Assembly: GCA_043228905.1 (NCBI GenBank)
Contig: JBHGNT010000007.1
Location: forward strand, 2,852,001-2,916,000
DNA from: Azolla caroliniana
Taxonomy: Eukaryota > Plantae > Polypodiophyta
DNA length: 64,000 nucleotides
Direction of reading: 5' to 3'
Positions 25,151 to 37,675 of the stretch are shown in pieces. Under the pieces are notes generated by a model. The model saw only the letters and a list, made by a program, of their open reading frames with translations, ran no database searches and had not been told where the DNA came from. Within the stretch, counting starts at the first letter, position 1. Each line of letters opens with the position of its first letter. The translations under genes were made by a program, and so were the position numbers.

Positions 25151-25821
25151 AGTAGGACTTGAACGTGGGGTCACTACCACAAATGCATAAGTTTGTTGTG
25201 GCCCTTAGTGTAAATTTTGTTATAGTTTAGAACGTTACACAAATATGCATCTAGATGACAAGTTGGTGCACCTAGTTTTCAAATCATCAAAATTGATATC
25301 AAGTACCATCAAACTTTGTTGGTAGGTTAATCTTTGGTTCCTTGTGAGGGCTTTGGAAACTTGAATCTTGTTGACACAAATATAATAGAGTTCCTGCAAG
25401 TTGGAAAGTAATTACAAGGTTTTCCTTCCTTCTTTCTTAGTGTCTCCCAGACCATAGAGAAAATTTCATGCAAAAACTAGACCCTTTGGATTAATATCAT
25501 CAACAATCTTATCATCTACAAAATAATAGTAAACATATTTGAACTAGAGAGAAGAATACATGAATGAATGTCCTTATATGGGAATGATGAATGATGCACC
25601 TACCAAGGCAAACATTAATTGGTAAAATTTTCCTCTAGTTTTCCTCTTTCCCTCAAAATTATATCCTTTAGTTTTCTTTTTCTTTTTCCTTTCCTTGGAA
25701 AAAATATATCGGTCAACAAGGTAGGTAGAATAGCCTCAAACAATGGCTTCAACTAACAATGTCACAAATGGAATGATATTGTTAATAATTTTGAATTCTC
25801 TCTGTCTCTCTCTTTTGTAAT

Positions 25822-25885
25822 TAGCTTACCCTAGTGGTAAGTTGTTAACACTACAAGCACTGTGTCTTGAGTTCGAAACCCAATT
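25822..25885 (+). other. tRNA-derived (tRNA-Val-like) degenerate sequence, possible SINE head
   Basis: A-box-like tagtggtaag, anticodon-like ttaacac and B-box gagttcgaaacc at tRNA-like spacing. No good acceptor stem. Confidence 0.4.
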
Positions 25886-25984
25886 TTCTCACTTCTGTCT
25901 ATTATATACTTCATAATTATATCTCTTACTTAATTCACTAGATGCCACTGTGGAATGTGGGGGTTGAACCCATGTTACCAACTG

Positions 25985-25986
<2 letters not shown>

Positions 25987-26049
<63 letters not shown>
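25987..26049. repeat. Compound (CT)n(CA)n microsatellite
   Basis: Directly visible. Confidence 0.95.
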
Positions 26050-26050
<1 letters not shown>

Positions 26051-27919
26051 TATGCACAAATGATAAAATTATTTCCAACATGCTACCAACATAATGTTTC
26101 ATACGACTCAACGATACACACGTCAAAAATCCAAATTCATATGTATATTAAATTTTATGAATATATCTTATCTCCTCTCTCGCTTTCCAAGCATTGTCTC
26201 TTTAAGGTGTACTTTACTAATTTGAGGAGCCTAGTTTCAAAATATTGTAAAGTATAGACGTAAGGAACACTTTTGACTACACACATGAGTGGGTGCTTGT
26301 ATCACGGTCATTGTCCTCAAGGGACTCAATCTTGTAGAAAAAATAAGAACAATCATGCTAGAATTTTCCCCATTCTAGAAAAGAATGCTTGTAGGTGGAC
26401 GTTTTAGTTTGGTATATAAGTGGTTCCCACTACCTGATAATATGCACACACACACTTTACTACCAAAAAATATTGTGGCAACTTGTACAACAAAGTCTCA
26501 TAGAAAGAAATGGCAAATGGTGTGTCATCCAAGCAAGTTACAACAAAATAACAAATGCTTGAAATTTCTAGTATATATTTTTTATGAATTTCCTTATTAA
26601 AAATGCATCCATAATTTATGTACAGTAATATTTCATCAATAAACAAGATAAATATTTCGCATCTCAAGGGTCTATCAAACAAGCAACTTCATCTCTTGAT
26701 GCAACCAACATATTAACAATCCCGTATTAAGTCACTAAACGTAGAAATGCTTTGCATCGTATCATGCTTTGCACATAATGTCTTTTGTTTTCTTCTCTTT
26801 TCTCTTTTCTCTCCTCACCTCTTCATACTTAGTTTTACTATTTTAATAAACTATTTTTGTTTTATCTTCTCCTATGATACTTTTGCTATGTTGCTACATT
26901 GTTTTTTTATATCACCATTCCATTCACAATGTTCTCTAGCCTTAAATTTATCAAGTCCCAAAATTTCTAGCCCATCCATAGTGTATCATTATTGCAATAT
27001 GTGTCTATGCTTTAAACATATAGTTCGGTGTTACTTTCACCCCCACATATGGTCACCATGGTCAATGTGTTGATGTATGAAGTTTGAACCACCTTAGTAT
27101 GTGCAAGGTTGCTTTTGCTAGTAATGTATTCAACCTATACTCATTATCATATATTATATAGATGTTATTTTCATGCATCCGCTCTCTCCCACACTGTTCT
27201 TGCCCTTGATTTTAGCCGAGTTAAGTTATTTTTGAAGGGTTTAAACTTTACACTTTGTTTGAATTTGGGTTTGATCCACTTGTTAAACTTGGGTTTATAT
27301 CGTATTTATAATGTGGTATCTTGTCAAACAACTCTCATAAACATTGTTGGTTATCTCACATTCAGAGTTATACTTTGTCTTTAAGATATGGTGTGTCAAT
27401 GTCCCATAGTTAGTTTGTTATATCATATTACCAATCTTGTTTTTATATTATGTATAAATGCCCTTTATTTAAAAGATGATTAATCAAAGACAATTTGCAA
27501 ATCTTAGTGTAGTAATTTTCAGTTATAGGATTATTTACTCCACCATTTATATGTGGTAATATATTAAACTTGCGTACTTATAATATTAACCTTAGTTTCA
27601 TTGAGGTCCTCTATCTCATGCCATATCATTAGTCAAATGGAGATGGTTAGTGTTAGTTGGCAAAATTAAATCTGTCTAGAAACAAATAGCAAATTTGGCT
27701 AACCAGTAGGATTACTCACCATCATTTTGGTGATGGTTTCAAGCTTGACAACCATACATAATCATAGGATTCATGATTGTATAAACTTGAGAACCATTGA
27801 TAATTGTTTATTCCATTGAGAAGTCCATTTTCATCTACCTTAGCTATAATGTTTAACAACACATTTATGTTGCTAACACAACAACAGGAATATGTGAGAC
27901 CTTTGAATTTGCCCATCAA

Positions 27920-28085
27920 AACCCTTGATCATCCAAACAACCATGGTCGTCCTCTCCCTTTCTTGAGTCATTGGGCATCCACATAAGATGAAACTATCAT
28001 GTCCCTACAGCAATTTGTATATAATACTCTCATCTGTAAAATTTTATAACTAATGGAATGAGTTTTTATTTTTAGAAAAAAAAAA
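27920..28085 (+). mobile_element. Short 3' terminal fragment of LINE family B
   Basis: ttcttgagtcattgggcatccacataagatg...ttttataactaatggaa followed by T-rich and A runs; reverse complement of the 45830-45975 end. Confidence 0.75.
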
Positions 28086-30720
28086 TCCAAAACAAAAAGG
28101 GGCGTCTAAAAAATTACATCATTAGTACTGTGACCGTATACCTGTCTAGTTCATTAACACTCATAAAGAAGCACGCACGAATGTCCAACGATAAACCAAA
28201 CAAAATAAATGTATTCATAATTAAACATGAATATTGTTGTTCGTAAAGTATCGTGTGCCATTAATGGCACTATAACTCAATTGTAATCGAATATTCCCAT
28301 TTCATATGTTTCATGGCATCATTTACACATGAGTTTCAGTAGAAACATGGGTTGTGATGACATCCTTAAATATGAACTCAATCAGGTGGCATCATATAAT
28401 TTGTTCAATGAACTTGAGCATTTTCCTTCATCTATACATTCTCATATTCATATGAAACTTAAGATTAAGCCCTATGTCTTTTTTGAGACTCAACATTTCT
28501 ATTTGTCTAATGGTTTATAAAATGACCACTTTATGGTTAAATATCTATTCCGCTTAAATTCCCCTTTGCATCTCCAATTGTTGTGTCGTCCTCTTAGACT
28601 TGGTGCTCTATTCCTAAATCATTAGAATTGTATATTAACCGTATCCATGGAATATTATACGGAGGTGACCTATATATATTGTTCAATATTGTATGAATAG
28701 TAAGCGTCCTTGTGATACAATGAAGTATTATTCACGATCCATAATTTTTAATTATAGGAAGATATTTTATAATGGAAAATACACATTTATACTTATGTAC
28801 ATATGTATGTACATTTCTTTATAGTGTGTCAATTGTACATATAGAAAATAATGTGTAACACTTACAATTCAATTTGAAGTGCACACAACTTAAACAAACA
28901 TATACATGATAATGTCAACACAATGGAAGTGAGTCATCAATCCTGATTCCTTTGTCCAAAGTTTACGATTTTTCATTACGTATGGTGGCCACCTAGTGCA
29001 ATGTTGTGTCTATAATTGGGTTTGTTATTTTGTATCCTTTTTGTCTCCATGATCTAACCCTCATCGACTAGGAGTGGGTAGGCATATGGCTCTAGTTAAT
29101 GATAGAATTTATTACCGCAAAACCTTCAAAACATATGTTTACCATTAAGCAAACCTTTTTCATGATGAAAAATAGTTGTCTATTGTGTTAAAAATGAACA
29201 TATTTTTGGTAGAAATGTAGTGTTTTTTATTTCATTCTTGACATGGTAGTTAAACGTCTAATTCACTTAACTTCCACTCTCTATTTACTCCTTTAGACTA
29301 TTGATTCATGTGTCTTGCATTCTTTCAACATTACATTTAATATTCAAATTCCTCTATTGATCAATGAATTTATCCATCTATACAAAACATTAACATGTTG
29401 ATTCCCCTCTATTGCACCCCCACACGATCAATGCATTAAATGATTAATTGATCTATCCTTATATGATACATAAAATATCGAGCTGCGTTCAAAAGCTTGT
29501 TAGTCGTGTTTTAATGCTTGTTGAAAAATAACAAGTTTTTTCATGCTATTGTTTGTTGTTATGTGGACAACGATTGCCCCCCTTTTTTTATCTAAGGTGT
29601 CACACGACAATATCCAAATGTATATGAAAACAACCTATAAATAGTACAGTATCTATAGATACTTAGAGTGTACATAGTCTCATATGTATATGTGATTCAC
29701 CTAACTAATATGAAGCAATTTTTTCTCATAAAAATAAATAAAAAACTAAGATTTCTCTTTGACATTCTAGCTATTACTTTAAATAACTAGTTCCTCTCTC
29801 AAGTTTCAACCTCTCTAGGACTCTCGCTATTATAGTTGCTTATTAGCCATTTTTAGAAATGATGGCAAACTAAGATCTTGTGATTGAATCAAGCTCATTG
29901 TATTCTTGTTTTCTCTAAACTTTTTGTGAAAATTGGGCTTCCATTTGCCAAAGTAATGAAGAGTATTCCATGATTTGCTCCACAATCCTAAACTCATGTT
30001 ATAGAAAATCGCTAGCCTGACTAAATATTTTCCAAAAGGAAAAAATTCTTACAGGTAATCTTGTGTCCACTCTCTATGTATATGAAACCTAAAAAGCTGC
30101 AATGCCACTTACCTTCCAATTGTGCAAAAAACTCTGGATTTTGTGATATGTTACAACTACCAACAACTCCTCTCAGTTTCACGCACATTCATGCTATTTA
30201 TTGGCTTGGTAATTAAAATTGCTGCATCAACACCATAAAAGTGTCAGAGAGCCCAAGGTTGATCATTGCCATAGGCAAGGTAGGTGCATACCATAGACTG
30301 TAACGGTTTCTTCACATTGGATAATAATAATGCATTTGTCTATATGCGACAAGGCTATAGATGATGCATTGTTGATTCCGCCCCCCTTTTTGAAGTTTAC
30401 ACACTCCATCCAATGCATCAAGCTACAAATTTCTCTCTACATTTAAGTATCTCCATTATATATTTATACATATACATTTGTATGTATATTCATTCAATTC
30501 TAATTCCTTTGACTTTTAATGCATCGGGTCATCCCCTCCCCTTCTTTCTACTCATGTCCACATGATTTTGGCGTCCAAACTACACAAATACAGTCTCTCG
30601 CTTCATGTGTGTGTATATATGGCGGGATATATCCAATCATTATTAGCGACCCACATTTCCAACTTAGAACGGCAAGATGAATATCACAAATACTTTATTG
30701 TGGAGGAGTAGTAGAGATAG

Positions 30721-30780
30721 AGACAGAGAAAGAGAAAGAGAAAGACAAAGACAAAGACAAAGACAAAGACAAAGACAGAG
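30721..30780. repeat. Purine-rich (AGAAAAG)/(AGACAA)n repeat upstream of the PRT1-like gene
   Basis: Visible hexamer tandem array. A G-box CACGTG also lies at 30916-30921. Confidence 0.8.
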
Positions 30781-31012
30781 AGAGCCTTTAAAAGTGGGGA
30801 CATGTGACCACCATTTCTTTTGAGTTTTTTGGTTATTTCTACAAAGTTTCTTCGCTTTCTTCTTAAACACCCACATGAATATTGTTTGTTTCTCTTCCAC
30901 AACCCAACCATTGAACACGTGAGGGACCATTAATTTCCCTTAATTTCCTTCTCTTGTTTTCTGCGTATCCTCCCCCTTCCTCTTCACACAAATCATTCCT
31001 CAAATCTCCAGG

Positions 31013-34000
31013 ATGTGCCCCCAACCTCAGCAAACATCTGTGCCTTCTGATGACCCTCAATCTCAGCATTTCAACTGCAGTATTTGCTTGTAAGTTCTTT
31101 CTCTCTTAATTAAAATGCATTTGTGATCAATTGGTTTTTTTTTTTTTTTTTTTTTTTTGTATTTCTTGATTTCATTTTTTTCTTTTATATCTGTGTAACT
31201 GGATGTTGTAGTATTTCTTTTGAAATTTGATTTTGTTTTGCTTTCATTTCGAGTATACGTCTAAGGTCTATTCTAGGATCTGCCTGCAACACCCATCAAG
31301 ATAAAAAATAAAAAAAAGGAGGAAGAAGGCAACAAAATAATCCAGTTGATAAAAAATTATCTTTATATTTGAGTAAATTTCTTGTTTTTGGGTTATCGTG
31401 TTTTATGTGTTATCTCTAATGGATACTGTAGTATTTACTTGTAAATGTTTCCTTAAAGGCCTTCTTATGAATTAATTTTTAATACTCCTCTGATGATTAT
31501 TCTTGTATTTGTTTCTAAGTTCACTTTTTTTCTCAATTGGGTTATTTTGTTTATAATTTTAATTTGGATTACTTGGGTTGTTCTGTTTTCTGTATTATCT
31601 CTACTTGGTTCTCTGTTAATCTTTTGATCAATCAGGCTGTCTTGTATTCTGTGCTAATTTCTATTCTGTTGTGAAATTTCATTGTAACTTTTTATTATTA
31701 GTTTGGTTGTTTCGTTTTATTGCCTTATATGATTGTACACACTGCAGTCCTCCCTGTTTGATGAATTGAGTTGTTTTGTTTGTTACCTCCAATGGGTACT
31801 CTAATGCTCTTTTTTTATTATCAATTGCGCTATTTTCTATTCATCGTTATCCTCAATCACTAATAGGTATTCTTTTTTGTAATTTTTTCGATCGATCGGG
31901 ATATTTTATTTAAATTGTTATCCCTAATGTTTATACAAGGATGGCATCTGATGTATAAATCCAAAATCGTGTGTAACTCACATATGTTCATTCTGAAATG
32001 CATACTATATGCCCCTTTTTATGTTTTATGTGGGTGCATTCTGATATAGATGTCATTATATGTGTACGAAGTTCTCCTTCCACATATTTAGGAGTGACCC
32101 CCTGAGATTAGATGGAAATCCGATGTATTTTCCATCACCAAGTATTCTGGGTTATTTCTGATTGGGTTTATTACTTTACATATAGTTCATTGTTGGGATC
32201 ATGTTGAAATGCACACCAGATACAATTGTAATGCGAGATACATGTGAACTTGATCATTTTGTCCCATATATATGTATTATAGTACATAAAATATGAAAAT
32301 TACATCCATCTTTGATTCTCCTTTTATAATTCTTGTATTTAACCTCACTGACATTGGCTTGACACCCATCAATACAATCTAACTTAATATAATTAATCTT
32401 TTTTTTTTTCACAGAGAGCTCGTGTACAAGCCTATAGTTCAAGGTAAAAATCCAATGAATTCTGATCTACATACTAGCAATGATCACATTATTTTCAGCC
32501 TCAAGACTCATGATGATTTTGTGTATGGTAAATCATTGCAGCATGTGGTCATATTTTCTGCTTTTGGTGTGTATTTCAAGCCATGAATGTCCAGAAGGAG
32601 TCTCACTGCTCCATCTGTAGACGACCCTATATGTACTTTCCAAGGGTTTGTCAGTTGCTTCATTTTGCGCTCAGTAAAGCTTTTCCAGACGAATATCAGA
32701 AGCGAAGACAAGAAATCCAACGTAGGTGTTCCTTCTCTATTATTTGTGATGATATGTTCTTTTGAAATTGTTTTCAAAATTACTCTCATTTGATGAAAAT
32801 TTTGCCTAAATGCTGCATATGTTTTTGTACTTGCTCAATGCTACAATGTTTTGCTAAACTAATCTGAAAACTTTACAAGTGGTGTGATTAATGTTGTGCT
32901 AATTAAGTAATGCAGAACCATTTAATCAAGATTTGGGTGATAATTGAAACATGGCTTACTTAATCCATTCATTAATGGCACATTACTTTATTAATCAATT
33001 CATAACTGACACTTGATTAACTGATTATCAGTAGCACGGTCTTAATTAAAGATTTTGATTCTTACACTTTCAGACTAAATGAAAAACTGTGGTATTTTGG
33101 CTGCATTTTGGCAAATACATTTAAAAAGACTGGCATTTTCTGGAAATTTTGTTTTGTTTTTGTTCTTACAAAGAACATATTTTGACTCTTCTTTGATCTT
33201 CTCTCAAGGTACCGAGGAACAAACGCAAATATTTTCACCTCAACTAGAGTTAAAGCATAATTGGAGTCCTCGCTCATTGGAAGGGACCTCTATATTAAAG
33301 GTGGATAAGTTGACTCCCTTATCTACACCTCGAGGAAGTTCCATCCAATCATCTCTTGTGGCCTTCAAAGATGTCTCTCATGAATCCCCATCATTATCAA
33401 AAGAGATAATTGATTGTGGTTCAAGTGATATATCTCTCACTCAAAGTTCATTGACAGTGGATGACTTCGCATGTTCGTTATGTCATCGTTTAGTTTATCG
33501 CCCAATTGTGTTAAACTGTGGTGAAGGTGAATGCTAGAACATTTAAAAAAATAAAATTGAACTAATTCAGAAAACTTTAAGCAGAAAACTAATTCAGAAG
33601 CTTTGTTTTTTGTTGACTGTTTTTTAAACCAGTTTTTTGTGCATCGTGCTTGAAAATGCCAAAAAACACAAGCTTTCGTTGTCCATCATGCACAAATATT
33701 CACCCTGGAGGGTCACTTTTTATATGCTTGGAGCTGCAGGAGTACCTAGAGTCTATTTTTCCAACTGAATATATAAACAGAAAGGAGGAAGTAATGCATC
33801 AGAATACTATAGAGACAATTCAGTTAGATGATTGTAAGTCTCTTTCTTCTTCGTCATTATTATTATTGTTGTAGATCGTGTAAAAAATGTGACGATGATT
33901 GTTTATATGTATACCTTGGATTGTTTTCCTTTACATGAATGAGAAATGAATTCACACATTGTTTTCCAATTCTTTTTTTTTTCAAGAAAGATACTACATT

Positions 34001-36454
34001 AGTATTAAGAAATGCCCTAAGGCTATACATAAAAGATGTATCTTTTGGTAATGAGCCCCTTGCTAAATTCTAATTGTTGGCTTAAACAAATACTTCGGAA
34101 TCACTCCACCTTATCAGAAATCTGTCTATAAAATATTCTTTTGTCTCAGAACCACTCTGAGAACCTCTGAGATTATGCACAATCTCTATCCAACTCGCAA
34201 AAATTATTTGGGCAGTTTTTTCAGTCACATTTTGGAATACCATCAAACATCGAGCCTTCCGAATATACTAAAATTTTATACTACTTACCAATTGCCATAT
34301 TTCAGGTTTATCAATCTCTATTTGTGGATTCAAAGGTATAAATGTTTTTAGCATCATAAACCATGTCTCATAGCAAGAGCATTTGCAACATCCTCTTGTT
34401 CATATACCATTGGTTTATCTTTTACCACCGCCCATAATACCGCTCCCCATATATACATTGCTCAAGGATATACTGGTATTAACACTGTTATGATTCTTTT
34501 CCATATTTCCATCGCAAAGTCACAACTCTACAAACAATGTTTAGCAGTCTCTACTAGATTCATTAGCATCCATTAACTGATATAGCTCTATGAACCAACA
34601 ACAACGGAAACAAACAATTTTCCTACTCATTTTATGCCCTACAAGTATTTCCAAAATCTCTTGAGAAAACATTTGCGGTCGGTTCTTTCCTTCATCTAGC
34701 ACCTAATATTTTCCTACCATCTTCATAGAATATTGAAAAAAAAGCACATGTTTTACCCGAGCTTGAACCCACACTTTCCAATACAGTTCTCCAGGATCCC
34801 AAGCTAATCGAGATATTGGTCTCCTTTTTATAATCCAAATCCTCCAAACAGGATTCACCTTTTGTGGATCTGGATCTAAGACCGAATTTGATCCATCATT
34901 TGCAATCACCCTCACTTCTTTATGCAAACAAAATTTATGCAAATTAGTTTCCGTATACGTGAAAGTTCACCTACCATCATCCTGTACATCAAAGGACATA
35001 AAAGCTTATTCCCCAATATAGGCCTTTCCTCCAATCAAAACATCCAATGGAGTAAGTAAACCTATCCGCTTTTGTGTAGAAGATCCAAATTGCATCTGAA
35101 TATTAGAAAGGGTGGCTTGTATCACAGAATACATTGTCTTTCTGCTCCTTATATTGTTACGCATTATCACTCTTTGGTCCATAGATGTAGACAGAAATGT
35201 TGTCCATGCACCTATTGTGCAGATTCTCGATCTAATTCTGCCCATGAACATCAAGTACACCTTCCCAACATATGTCCCCTATGGTCAGTGAAAGACGAAT
35301 TCCAAATCAGGGGTTGTCTACAGAATTCAGCTTCTGTTTTTGGAGATCTCTTAACTATATTGAGAGAGACATCTTTCCATGAATTAAGAGCAGATCGAGC
35401 AAATTTGTCTTCCCATTTTGTGGAAATAGCCAACTTATTGTCTTTCCATAAAACTCCATCGAAAACTGGGCCATCATTCTCCATTGCAATTCGTGTAACA
35501 ATTGTTTCCATGGTTTTGATCCTGGTAACAATCCCCTAATCGCCAATTTCACAAGCAAAGCTTTTGACTGTTGTAATGGATCAACAATTCCTAATCCTTG
35601 TTTCCCAATTCTTGCTATCAGTTAGTTTTTTTAAGCTTGAGGATTTGTTGATCTTTAAAGAGGATGGTTTTCAGCAAATATTTTTGCGAATGAGAAAAAA
35701 CTTCTGAAAATCAATGAAAAGAATAACAATTCACATTGGGCAATGAGAAAACATAAAGATATATTCTGAAAAGTGAAATGTAGCGAATTATTTAATGGTC
35801 ATGTTAATTGCCTTCTTAGGCTACGTTTTGTTTTTCAATCAGAGATATTGAAGCTGTAAAATATTTAGCACACATAGGTATTATTTATGTGATCAACGTG
35901 ATTTCAGTTGGGCCAACTAGCTAGCTAATTTACTTCCTTACATTATCAGGTAATCTTAGCAATACAAACGCATGTGTAGAAGGCCATCTTCATGCAGGTG
36001 TTGGATGTGACGGGTGTGGGGTAAGAAAAAAAAGATAAAACCGCTCTATTTTTCTCATCCGTTTTCACATTTAAGGATTGTATTTATCAACATAAGTTTT
36101 TTATTGGAAATTTTGGATTGTGGTACAAACATTATGGAAAATAAAAAATTGGGGTTCAATTGTGTGTAGATGTATCCCATAATAGGCTGTCGGTACCAAT
36201 GTAAAGATTGTCCAGAAAAGATTGGTTTTGATCTTTGCGAACCTTGCTACAAGAAAGGAGGAGACTTTGTTGGGAGGTTCAATCAAGAACATAAGTGGAA
36301 CCACCGCATGGTTGAATTTGTTGAACAAGGTTTAATCTTTAACATGCAAAATGGTACAATTCAACGCCGACGGCGCCAACAAGAGCAACAAAGGCAAGGA
36401 CAGCAAATGCATCCCGATGACTTTGATGATTATATTGCTACTTTTCTTGGATAG
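31013..36454 (+). CDS. PRT1: E3 ubiquitin ligase PROTEOLYSIS 1-like (RING-RING-ZZ N-recognin)
   Basis: Inferred exons: 31013-31089, 32415-32443, 32542-32721, 33209-33526, 33633-33833, 35950-36020, 36170-36454. RING1: CSICLELVYKPIVQACGHIFCFWCV...ESHCSICRRPYMYFPRVCQLL. RING2: CSLCHRLVYRPIVLNCGEVFCASC...CPSC. ZZ: HAGVGCDGCGMYPIIGCRYQCKDCPEKIGFDLCEPCY...GRFNQEH. This domain order and these motifs are those of plant PRT1. Confidence 0.92.
33975..35597 (-). mobile_element. 5'-truncated L1-like LINE (family A) in PRT1 intron 5, with about 16-bp TSD
   Basis: KALLVKLAIRGLLPGSKPW, RQPLIWNS, ISRLAWDPGELYWK. TSD ttgttttccaattctt (33959-33974) vs ttgtttcccaattctt (35598-35613). T-run at the 3' end. Confidence 0.88.
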
Positions 36455-37675
36455 TAAAAATGAAGGATTGACTCTATGGCAACACTCAAGTACGTATACA
36501 TCGTGAGGATAGATGGCCATGTTTCTATTGTAAACAATTTTCTTATAAAGATTATTCTTTTATGTTTTATAAAAGCTCATATGAGGGATGGGGAAGCCTT
36601 AGGTTTTACCACAGATTATGTAAGTCATTGTAATCAGTTTTTTACTTTTATGCATATTTTGCATCTGAGTTGGTTTGGTTAGGATTTACTCTCTATTGCA
36701 AATATCCTGTGGGAAGCAGGGAGACTTACTCTTATTCTTGTATCCCCTTACAATAAAAAAACCAAACCTGGCTAGCAGCACACACTTCTCAGGAAATTAA
36801 AAACATCAGGAGAGCTGGAGGTCAATGATTCCTGGTAGTTGTTGTGTACAAAGTTGGTACCTGGGTTGGAAGTGGTACCATGATGCATTAATGTCAAGAA
36901 GTAGAAACTCTGGGCTTAGCAACAGACGTGAGTGACATTACCAACTAGTGCAGGATGCTGTTGCTGTTACCGTGTGCCTCTCTTTTTCTGTTCGTCTCTC
37001 TTTGCATATCTTGTTTACAAATTCAATAAAAAGGGCAAAGGCAGAAAACAACCAGGTGAAGGACAGGTAATATGCACCATCCAGGAATCGGACACTGGTG
37101 TTGTAGTTCTGGAGCATTACAAGTTGAGAGGCTGGAAAGCGTGCTGCTAAGATACATACCTTATCAAAGAAGACCAGGACAAAGAATAGCGAGGACGAAA
37201 ACCTCCTCGAAGACTCCAGAACGTTCATTTTGAATTGTGAACCCACCTCCCCCTGAGCTCTTGATGATGACCACTTGAATATGCTTTCTGATGCCGGTTT
37301 TTGGATTGGTAAGATGAAAACAAGTTGTAAAGAATGTCTTTTTGCTTATGGTCTCATATGACCATTTATTTCTGTGAGAGAACACTCAACTAGGCATATG
37401 AACTGTTACTAAATACAAACTTTTTCCAACTTGTTGGCAACCTTGTTCAACATCCAAAAGAAGAGTATGGTTGATAACGCATCTACTAGTGGGATGTCTA
37501 TGTTGTTGAGATTGCATGCGTATGTCTTTAGCATAATCATGGATTGCTTCAAGAGCCCTGACTTAAATTGTGGAAGATGGTTGTAATTGTGTAATTTGGT
37601 GGTTGTATAGAGGCATGGGGCAGAATAATGATGTGATTTAGTAATTCATAGTGATTTTAATTGCTTCATTAATGT

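Noticed and set aside
25938-27384. Hydrophobic or low-complexity ORFs of 60-110 aa
   Set aside because: Derived from microsatellites and T-rich DNA, with no domain or splice support.
37240-37262. ccccctgagctc resembling a miR390 target site (TAS3-like locus)
   Set aside because: Only the cctgagct core matches. There is no second miR390 site and no tasiARF sequence (only ttcttgac near 36893 on the minus strand).
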